Source: a bacterium (GTDB lineage Bacteria > Muiribacteriota > UBA6191). From it: a stretch of 24,914 nt of DNA. The stretch spans positions 1 through 24,914 of the forward strand of contig JAYZAC010000071.1 of assembly GCA_036339875.1 (NCBI GenBank), read 5' to 3'. Shown piece by piece: positions 7,936 through 15,528 of this stretch. The stretch's first letter is position 1; each line of letters starts with the position of its first letter. The position numbers and the translations under genes are program-made. The notes under the pieces were generated by a model. That model was not told where the DNA came from and ran no database searches. It saw only the letters and a program-made list of their open reading frames with translations.

Positions 7936-10900
7936 CTAGAACCGCGCACTCTCCATGATCTCACTAAATTCCTTTACTTTGGATTCAATATCTTGAGGCG
8001 TATAAATCTCACGATTAGCCCAATTCTTTTTCCAACCCCTAAGAGCATGACCACCTCTAGGTCGTTCAGGTTTACTGTGATAAAGAACTTTGGGCTCACC
8101 ATCTGCATCTACTAATTGATCGTAAATTTTCTTTAATCGCGGCGTCAAAGGTTCCGAGGGCCTGTGAGCTTGATCATAATGTGATGCCCCTTTGAGTGCT
8201 TCGTTTAACTTGTCTGCAACTTCAGGTTTTACCGATATCTGCCTTTGCCATCCGGTTTGGTAGCTATATAGGAGACTCTGATCATTTTTTGGATACCCCA
8301 GAAGTTTCGCAGAATCCGCAAGATCAGTTAATTCTTGAATAGATTTACTCTGCCATTCTTGGCCTTTAACACCCTCAGTGTCTTGGCCGTAATTGCCATC
8401 CATCTGTTCTGTAATCGATTGTAATATTTGCATATCATCCGCTATTGGAAGTGTGTATAGCTTATCTTGGTCCAACGCGGGACCTCTCCAAGAGGGGTCA
8501 CGCTTAATAGCCCGCAGTTTCGCTTCCCCTTTTTTATTCACATACAAATCGTATATTCTATTGTATTCCTCACGGTAATTACTTCCAAAATAAGAATCGT
8601 GATTTTCCACACGCTCCTTATTCTCCTTCAACCAGTTAATCATGGACTCGTTGAGTTTTACATTTCGATAACTTCCATCAGCTGAAAAAGAGGACAGAAG
8701 CCCTTCTCCTTCGACAGTAAATAGATCGTTAGTCCCCACTTTCGGAGATTCACCAGACTTTTCAATCGCTGATAAATAAGAATTCAGCTGATTCTTAGAA
8801 TCGCTATGCGTTGATGGAAATCCGGCCCTATCTTGATTGCTATCTTGCTCTGGGTCTAAGTTAGCGTCGGAGCTGGAATCATTCGACTCCTCGTTAGATG
8901 TTTCTTGAGATTCTGTGGAGTCTGATGAGTTTTCCATTTCTAAATTTTCTTCAGTTGACTCTTCTAAATCCTTATCTGATTGCGAACCACCATCAGAATC
9001 GGGCAACACGTCCTCCGACTCTTCTGTCTCAGAATTCTTCGTTTCATTTTCTGAATCTGAAATGGTATCACTGTCACCGTCAGTACCATTACTTAAATCT
9101 CCATTGAAAATCATATTCCACATTTGCAACTTGTTCCAATCGTTTTGAATCGCTGCAATTGTCTCTAAATTTAATGAAAATTTAATTTCAACCCTTCGAG
9201 ATCGATCCATATCTTCGGCTCCCGATCCATCCTTCACAGGCCTAGTCGCACCATATCCCTTGCGATCTACTGCTATCGATGTTTGGGATTGAAAATCATT
9301 GAATGATTGGGCATTACTTTCAGATGCACCCGACTGATTCCAATAATTGAAAACCGCATCAGCACGATCATCGGAAAGTCCATCGTTACCTGTACGTCCA
9401 GACTCGCCAACATAATTCGGAGCACTTCTTGAATCTGCATGCCCTTCAATTGCTAATTTGGCTATCAGCGGTGCTGTATGATCTTTTCCAAGGACATCAA
9501 GCAGTATTGGCAAACTATCTTTGAGTGCAGTATGTCCATCTGGCTTAACTTCAGACTTTAATGTATCAAACAAAACCTCAGCAGGAAATCTGAACGAAAC
9601 ACTATCATGCTCGGTTTGCTGAACGGTAACCTCATCTTCTTTACTCGAAGCAGATAATTCCTCAATATCTTTGCCCTTACGATTGAACTCAGCCTTGAGA
9701 TATTTGATAAAAAGAGCTCTGAAGTTATCCACAAATCGTAAAAAACTACTCATTCCCTCGTATATACTGTAGTCGTATTTCTTGGGAATCTTGACCGTCG
9801 CCCTATCAGTACCCATAAACTTATATATCGCTGACATTGAAATAGCTAAACTAGGCGTATCGCGACCATCATCAAACAGCTTTACTTGATCATTTTCAGC
9901 CGCTTGTTCTTTCAAGATCCATTCGTAATGGGCATAGCAAAATAATCTTTTTTCAGCCTGTTTTTCTAAAGTATCAACCGATACATCTAACGCAGCCGGA
10001 TTCTCAGACTTAACAATCTTTAGATCTTCCAGGGAAACATCTTTAAGAAGACTTAAGCAGCTTGTAGTGATCTGCGAAGAAAACGGGATATTAAGTGAAT
10101 CAAATCGTTCCGCGTGTCTAGACTTCACATAAGTAACTAGCTCACCCGCTACTTTCCCATAATTATTCAGATTATTAATCGGCTTTCTACGTTTATCAAA
10201 ATTCTTAATCCAATCAACTATACGCTGGCGGTCTATAGAGTTGGTTTCTTCCCACTCTTTATATTTTTTATGAACTTCCTTCCATGTTTGAAATGAAGTC
10301 AAAGATCGATCTATGACGTTAAGCATTACTTGGGTATAATTTCTTATCCGTGAGGCCAAATTCTCTACCTCTGTAATTTTAGCGCCACTCTGAACGGCTC
10401 TGCGTAAAAAGTTCAATAGTTTTGGCTTATCCGCTAGATCGGCCACCTTGACGGTACCATCATACTGGTTGATAAATTTTTGTAGCAGTTCGCCTTCCTT
10501 AACTAATGCTGCTTTCTGCACACTCAACTGTTGCATCTGGACCTCGAGAGCCTTGATAAGTTCTCGGATTTCATTAGCATTTTTGGATGTATCAGCTTGA
10601 AATTTGGGATTGCTCTTATATTCCTGCGCCTTAGGTAAAAAAACCTTCTCGAGATTATCTTGAAGCTTAGGAACACCTTTCTCATATGCGCCAGAAACAC
10701 CGATGTACGCCCCAATTATTTGCTTATCTTTTTGATTCTTACCCATGAATGAAAAACCAGTTGTTTTCATCAATCCCTGAGAAAAAGCATTGAAGCGACT
10801 ACGTTGTTCGTTATTCCATTTTGCAGTATCCACTGGCTGAGCAGAGCTGCCGTCAGTGTCACTCGAAGAGTCATCTTCGGTATCAGTATCGGTTCCATCT

Positions 10901-11925
10901 TCAGATTCAGACCCAGACGAATCATCATCCTCTGATTCTTCAATAAGCTGCATCTTTTGCTTGATTGCTAGATCAATATTATCTTTGGTAAATTGCCAAG
11001 ATAAGATATAAACCATGGCCCATTTATTAGCCTCGTTCTTATCAAGACCCCCTGCTTTGGAAAGTTCTTTGATGTAATCAACGCGATTATTCAGTTCCAA
11101 AAAGATCGTATGACTAGATTTTTCATTTTTATGATTGGTGAACTCTACTTTGGATGCACCAGTGACATCAACATCCTTATTCGACAATAAAGCTGTATTG
11201 AAATTCAGAAATTGCCTACGATCATCGTCGTATCTTGTAAACCAGTTGATCCCCAATTCCTTTTCGATAGCCTGTAGGTTTAATCTAAAACTCGCACGCA
11301 TCTCTGCTTCTTCGCTATCTAATTGCGCCTTGAGAGCAATAATCTGTTTCTCAGCTTCTTTGTAGGATTGGTTGTCCGCTCCTCCCGTAACGGCATCCTT
11401 AGCTTCTTCTGCAGCATTCAATAGTGCCTCTAACTTCTCCCTACGATCACTGAATAACTCTTTATGTTTTTCCCAAAGAGCTTCCTCAGCTTCGGATAGT
11501 ACAGTTTCCTTCCCGCCTGCCGCGGCCAAGGAACTTTTATAATTGGCGTTTTCAAACACGCCCATTTTCAATGACTTAAGAGATTGCACATCAAATTTCA
11601 TTAAAAAAGGCAACAATAATCCCGCGTTGTCTTCATTTTTAATGAATCCTTCAAGGAGCTTACGATTTTCTTTTTCAGCAACCTTCTTCATGATTTCTTC
11701 ACTGCGCGCAAAACCTAAAGGACCTTCTGCAAATTCCTCTTTAGCTCGCGGCGTGATGTACTCAAAAGAGTCCTCACCAAAATCGAGGACATCTTCTATA
11801 CCTACTGCACCTTTTTGATCGGATACGGTAATGTCCTGCGTCGTAGGTTCGTTAGCACTCGCACTTGTGACCAGTACTAAAACTGCAAATGTATATGTAA
11901 TATAGCGACATATCCAATTAGGCAT
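7936..11925 (-). CDS. Large secreted protein (about 1329 aa) with an internal OmpA/MotB-like peptidoglycan-binding domain, acidic linkers and an unknown C-terminal domain
   Basis: Start moved from 12012 to ATG 11925: AGGAG (11931-11935) lies 5 nt upstream and it gives a Sec signal MPNWICRYITYTFAVLVLVTSASA|NE. OmpA_C-like motifs at about 9180-9600: FPAEVLFD, IEGHADSR, NDGLSDDRADAV, GYGATRP, RSRRVEI. D/E/S-rich tracts at about 10840-10945 and 8830-9090. Confidence 0.88.
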   Translation of the reverse strand: MPNWICRYITYTFAVLVLVTSASANEPTTQDITVSDQKGAVGIEDVLDFGEDSFEYITPRAKEEFAEGPLGFARSEEIMKKVAEKENRKLLEGFIKNEDNAGLLLPFLMKFDVQSLKSLKMGVFENANYKSSLAAAGGKETVLSEAEEALWEKHKELFSDRREKLEALLNAAEEAKDAVTGGADNQSYKEAEKQIIALKAQLDSEEAEMRASFRLNLQAIEKELGINWFTRYDDDRRQFLNFNTALLSNKDVDVTGASKVEFTNHKNEKSSHTIFLELNNRVDYIKELSKAGGLDKNEANKWAMVYILSWQFTKDNIDLAIKQKMQLIEESEDDDSSGSESEDGTDTDTEDDSSSDTDGSSAQPVDTAKWNNEQRSRFNAFSQGLMKTTGFSFMGKNQKDKQIIGAYIGVSGAYEKGVPKLQDNLEKVFLPKAQEYKSNPKFQADTSKNANEIRELIKALEVQMQQLSVQKAALVKEGELLQKFINQYDGTVKVADLADKPKLLNFLRRAVQSGAKITEVENLASRIRNYTQVMLNVIDRSLTSFQTWKEVHKKYKEWEETNSIDRQRIVDWIKNFDKRRKPINNLNNYGKVAGELVTYVKSRHAERFDSLNIPFSSQITTSCLSLLKDVSLEDLKIVKSENPAALDVSVDTLEKQAEKRLFCYAHYEWILKEQAAENDQVKLFDDGRDTPSLAISMSAIYKFMGTDRATVKIPKKYDYSIYEGMSSFLRFVDNFRALFIKYLKAEFNRKGKDIEELSASSKEDEVTVQQTEHDSVSFRFPAEVLFDTLKSEVKPDGHTALKDSLPILLDVLGKDHTAPLIAKLAIEGHADSRSAPNYVGESGRTGNDGLSDDRADAVFNYWNQSGASESNAQSFNDFQSQTSIAVDRKGYGATRPVKDGSGAEDMDRSRRVEIKFSLNLETIAAIQNDWNKLQMWNMIFNGDLSNGTDGDSDTISDSENETKNSETEESEDVLPDSDGGSQSDKDLEESTEENLEMENSSDSTESQETSNEESNDSSSDANLDPEQDSNQDRAGFPSTHSDSKNQLNSYLSAIEKSGESPKVGTNDLFTVEGEGLLSSFSADGSYRNVKLNESMINWLKENKERVENHDSYFGSNYREEYNRIYDLYVNKKGEAKLRAIKRDPSWRGPALDQDKLYTLPIADDMQILQSITEQMDGNYGQDTEGVKGQEWQSKSIQELTDLADSAKLLGYPKNDQSLLYSYQTGWQRQISVKPEVADKLNEALKGASHYDQAHRPSEPLTPRLKKIYDQLVDADGEPKVLYHSKPERPRGGHALRGWKKNWANREIYTPQDIESKVKEFSEIMESARF

Positions 11926-12149
11926 GGTTTCTCCTTCAAACGATAGGGAACGCGAAATGAGCATCCTCCTAGGCCTATGAAAGACTACGCACTTACCTCT
12001 AAAAAGTTTCAAAAGGAGTCTTTACATCAATCTACAGAATCAAATAAAATATATGCTCAACGGCAGATATGAACATTAATATCATAAAATGGTCGTATTT
12101 TGTCTTATTGGTGACGCTTTTCATAAATAAACTTAGCAAACCGTTATTC

Positions 12150-12178
12150 TTGCCAGTATCAGTTCATTGGGATAAACT
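12150..12178 (+). promoter_or_regulatory. Candidate sigma70 promoter for trkA
   Basis: TTGCCA (12150-12155), 17 nt, TAAACT (12173-12178), 38 nt before the ATG at 12217. Confidence 0.5.
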
Positions 12179-12216
12179 TACGTGGAAAGTTTCTATTTCT
12201 CAAATTGAGGACCCCC

Positions 12217-13575
12217 ATGCACATTGTCATAGCCGGCGCTGGTACTCTTGGACAGGGCGCTGTTGAAAAATTAGCCAAAGAAAATCATGAGCTTGTTCTG
12301 ATTGATAATGATCCGGCCAAGATAGATCGAGTATCAAATTCAGTTGATTGTCAAACGGTTTTAGCAAGTGCAACTTCAGAAATTGCTCTGCGTCATGCGG
12401 GCATCGAGAAGGCTGACATGTTTTTAGCACTAACTAATAGTGACCATGTAAACATCATCTCTGGAATGATTGCGAAGGAATTTAATGTTCCAATTAAAAT
12501 TTGTAAGATAGGTGATCCTGAATTTCACAATGAAGATCATATTTTGCAACTAAAACGTAATCGTGTTTTTGATCTTATTATATCCCCCGACAAAGCTGCA
12601 GCAGATGAGATAATAAGATTATTTGAGATGCCCGTAGCATCTGATTTTAATTACTTCGCAAAAAATAAGGGCGCGATTGTAGCCGTTAATATTGATGAGG
12701 ATCACCATTTCGCAGGAAAATTGATTTCAGAATTACAAGATGAGGGTATAGGAACAGATAAAATTATCGCCGCAATTGACCGTGATAACGGAACTATAAT
12801 TCCAACTGAAGATATGGAAATTATAGTTAACGATACCATTTATGTTGCTGGATCTAGATGGGTTATACGAAAATTTGCTCGTGAAAGAACTCACAATGAC
12901 ATTCGACAAATTATAATTGTGGGAGGGGGACATTTATCCCTAACCGTTGCTCGCGAACTTGAAAATATTCTTCATGTGAAAATAATAGAGTCAGATTTTA
13001 AGCGATGTGAAGAACTTGCTGGACAATTAAGTAAAGCAATGGTTCTACATGGAGACGGAACTGATGCTGGCTTACTCAAATCCGAAAAAATTGATCATTG
13101 TCAGGCTTTGATATCAGTAACTAAAGATGAAGAAAGTAATATTCTAGTAGGTCTTCTAGGTAAATCTCTCGGAGCCCAAAAAGCTTTTTGCTTAACCCAA
13201 AAACAAGATTACTCAAAACTGGTAGCCAAATTAGGAATCGATGCCACCATTAGCCCAAGAACAGCAGCAATTTCTGAAATCACTCGCTTTGTAAGACGAG
13301 GTTATGTTGAAAAAGTTATCTCTTTCAAAGCTAATAATGCTGAAGCAATAGAATTTATTGTGCCTCCTGGGGCTTTAATTACACAAAATTCAATTACTCA
13401 GCTTGATCTACCTCCAGATGTTCTTATTGGAGGAGTTGTCAGCGGAGGTGCATTTAAAATTCCGGTAGGATCAACGTTAATTCAGCCTGGCGACCACGTT
13501 ATAGTATTTGCATTACCGGAGAAAATCCCGATAGCTGAAAAATTTTTCAGTAATGATGACTTAAGTATAGACTAA
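12217..13575 (+). CDS. trkA: Trk potassium uptake system regulatory subunit TrkA (two RCK_N/RCK_C units)
   Basis: MHIVIAGAGTLG nucleotide-binding start (ATG 12217 with GAGGA at 12207-12211, preferred over TTG 12205), ALTNSD..N, second unit IIIVGGG, HGDGTD, DEESNIL, ISPR, AEAIEF, GDHVIVF; about 452 aa. Confidence 0.93.
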   Translation: MHIVIAGAGTLGQGAVEKLAKENHELVLIDNDPAKIDRVSNSVDCQTVLASATSEIALRHAGIEKADMFLALTNSDHVNIISGMIAKEFNVPIKICKIGDPEFHNEDHILQLKRNRVFDLIISPDKAAADEIIRLFEMPVASDFNYFAKNKGAIVAVNIDEDHHFAGKLISELQDEGIGTDKIIAAIDRDNGTIIPTEDMEIIVNDTIYVAGSRWVIRKFARERTHNDIRQIIIVGGGHLSLTVARELENILHVKIIESDFKRCEELAGQLSKAMVLHGDGTDAGLLKSEKIDHCQALISVTKDEESNILVGLLGKSLGAQKAFCLTQKQDYSKLVAKLGIDATISPRTAAISEITRFVRRGYVEKVISFKANNAEAIEFIVPPGALITQNSITQLDLPPDVLIGGVVSGGAFKIPVGSTLIQPGDHVIVFALPEKIPIAEKFFSNDDLSID

Positions 13576-13718
13576 GTTGTCCCATACTTTACCCAAAAAA
13601 AAATGTAAGGTAAACTCAACAAACAACCTAAGGGTAGAGTTATCAATCCAAGTATTTAACATCGATATCTTGTAGTCGATAGTTCGAATAATTAAAGAAT
13701 TTTCAAAAAAAACAGCCG

Positions 13719-14573
13719 ATGAGTCTATTAACAAAAGACATAGAGTCTCAAATACAAAACATGTCATCCCTATCTCACACGGTTCCTAAGATCGTTCAAG
13801 TCGTTAACGATAGTTCTAGCTCAGCAAGAGATCTAGTGAAAGTAATTCAGATGGATCCGGTCTTAACGGCCAAGGTTCTGCGAATTGTCAACTCAGCTTT
13901 CTACAGCATGCAGCAAGAGGTTACTTCATTAAATAAGGCAGTAATAATGGTTGGCATGAATACAGTCAAGAATTTAGCGTTATCTACAGCCGTAGTTAGT
14001 TCATTCAGCTTTAATGAAGATGAATGCGGAATCAAACATGAAGAGTTTTGGAAATATTCGGTTGGGACTGCCGTGTTATCTAAAATTCTGGCTCAAAAAA
14101 GTCGCTTACCTGCTACTGACGCTGAAGATCTATTTATAATTGGTTTACTTCATGTGATTGGAAAAGCTTTCCTCCTGCAATTCTTCCCAAAGAAAATTAG
14201 AAAAATTGTTACCACATCTCAAGAGCAGAGAAAATGCTCCCACCATATAGAGAAAGATGTTTTTGGAATGAACCATATGGAAATTGGCGCAACTCTTGCC
14301 ATCAATTGGAAATTACCTGAATCTGTTTTAGATGGGATTAAAAACTACATTCACCCAATAGAAAGTAATCTTATAACTACGAAGTACTTGTCTGTAGCCT
14401 CTAATGCAATTAAAGTGAATGGTGTTGGTTTCGCTGGAGATGCAATCGCTCACTTGGATAATTTGGATATATTAACCGAACTATCTATAGATGAACAAAC
14501 TCTTGATGATATTGTAATTAATGAGCTAAGTGGCGAATTAGAGAAGGCTAACGCCTTCGTAAAAAGTAACTAA
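13719..14573 (+). CDS. Stand-alone HDOD-domain signalling protein with degenerate HD motif
   Basis: DPVLTAKVLRIVNSAFY, SLNKAVIMVG, FWKYS, GLLHVIGK, E..FGMNH.EIGA.LA..WKLP. Confidence 0.9.
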   Translation: MSLLTKDIESQIQNMSSLSHTVPKIVQVVNDSSSSARDLVKVIQMDPVLTAKVLRIVNSAFYSMQQEVTSLNKAVIMVGMNTVKNLALSTAVVSSFSFNEDECGIKHEEFWKYSVGTAVLSKILAQKSRLPATDAEDLFIIGLLHVIGKAFLLQFFPKKIRKIVTTSQEQRKCSHHIEKDVFGMNHMEIGATLAINWKLPESVLDGIKNYIHPIESNLITTKYLSVASNAIKVNGVGFAGDAIAHLDNLDILTELSIDEQTLDDIVINELSGELEKANAFVKSN

Positions 14574-14574
14574 T

Positions 14575-15486
14575 ATGGAAATATACTTTTGGGGTGTTAG
14601 AGGTTCTATTGCTAGCCCAGGGCCACATACAGTGCGCTTTGGAGGAAATACAACCTGCGTCGAAATCCGCGATGGTGATGAATTTATCCTTATCGATTGT
14701 GGCACTGGCATTCGTGATGCAGGCAATCACATACTATCTAATTTTGGTACTCAAAACGATATAAATATACTAATGACTCATACACACTGGGATCATATTC
14801 AGGGTTTTCCATTCTTCGTGCCAGCTTTCATTCCGGGAAATAACATTCAAATTTTAGGCCCACACCTCTTTGAAACGCCATTCGATACTGTCATGCAGAA
14901 TCAAATGCAATACAGTTACTTTCCCGTCAATTTTGAGCAGTTAGGCGCTACAATTTTAAACAAAACACTATTTGAAGAAAAACCCTTTCAGTTAGGGTCA
15001 ATTAAAGTCACTCCAAAATATATAAACCACCCCATTAGAACCTTGGCCTATCGTTTCGAGAAAGATGATAAATGTATAGTCTTTCTAACGGATATGGAAC
15101 CTTATTATGATGTTATATACCAAGGGGTTTGTCCTAGTGATGATGAACTAGAAGAATTCGAAGAGGTACAAGCCACAGTCGCCCTGCAAAATCAAACCGT
15201 AGTGGATTTTTGCGCTGGAGCAGACATCCTTTGTATAGATGCACAATACACACACAAAGAGTATGAAGGTAAAATCGGCTGGGGTCACACCTCAATGGAA
15301 GATGCTATTCAAATAGCCCACAGAGCAAAAGTTCGTGACTTATTATTTTTTCACCATGATCCTATGCGAACTGATGATGAATTAGACAGGCTCTTAGATC
15401 ATCATTCACAGATGATATCCAATCTGACCGGTACCTCCATCAAATCTTTAGATGGTGCGCGTGAAAAAACTGCGTATAAAGCCTAA
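14575..15486 (+). CDS. Metallo-beta-lactamase-fold hydrolase (RNase Z/PhnP-like, putative phosphodiesterase)
   Basis: FWGVRGS..PG..T.RFGGNTTC, IDCGTG, THTHWDH (HxHxDH), NHP, TD, DAQY, GWGH, FHHDP. One nucleotide after the HDOD stop. Confidence 0.9.
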   Translation: MEIYFWGVRGSIASPGPHTVRFGGNTTCVEIRDGDEFILIDCGTGIRDAGNHILSNFGTQNDINILMTHTHWDHIQGFPFFVPAFIPGNNIQILGPHLFETPFDTVMQNQMQYSYFPVNFEQLGATILNKTLFEEKPFQLGSIKVTPKYINHPIRTLAYRFEKDDKCIVFLTDMEPYYDVIYQGVCPSDDELEEFEEVQATVALQNQTVVDFCAGADILCIDAQYTHKEYEGKIGWGHTSMEDAIQIAHRAKVRDLLFFHHDPMRTDDELDRLLDHHSQMISNLTGTSIKSLDGAREKTAYKA

Positions 15487-15528
15487 TAAAGCGTTCTGAT
15501 CTACTGAGTTCAATATTTGAAATATCAT

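Noticed and set aside
7936..7960. C-terminal Phe of the giant protein as a BamA beta-signal (autotransporter)
   Set aside because: The preceding residues look helical (DIESKVKEFSEIMESARF) with no alternating beta-strand pattern.
8898..9148. Ser-rich plus-strand ORFs 8898..9107 and 8915..9148
   Set aside because: Antisense shadows of the acidic low-complexity linker in the minus-strand gene.
9180..9600. OmpA-like domain as flagellar MotB or T6SS TssL/TagL
   Set aside because: No MotB transmembrane Asp segment, no motA or T6SS genes nearby, and the protein has a cleavable-looking signal peptide with a very different architecture.
11926..12012. ORF-track N-terminal extension of the 1358-aa protein
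   Set aside because: ATG 11925 has a well-spaced AGGAG and exposes a normal signal peptide; the extra 29 codons are likely untranslated leader.
12069..12266. 65-aa ORF with a hydrophobic N-terminus in the divergent intergenic region
   Set aside because: Overlaps the trkA promoter candidate and trkA start in another frame, lacks a clear RBS, and hydrophobicity is expected from T-rich DNA.
15454..15481. dif-like sequence near the xerC 3' end (GGTGCGCGTGA AAAAAC TGCGTATAAAG)
   Set aside because: The left arm matches the E. coli XerC arm at 9/11, but the normally better conserved XerD arm matches only 5/11, and the site lies inside the hydrolase coding sequence. Probably chance.
15487..15528. 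Intrinsic terminator between the hydrolase and xerC
   Set aside because: Only a weak AT-rich dyad (TTCAA-TAT-TTGAA); no GC-rich stem with a U-tract.
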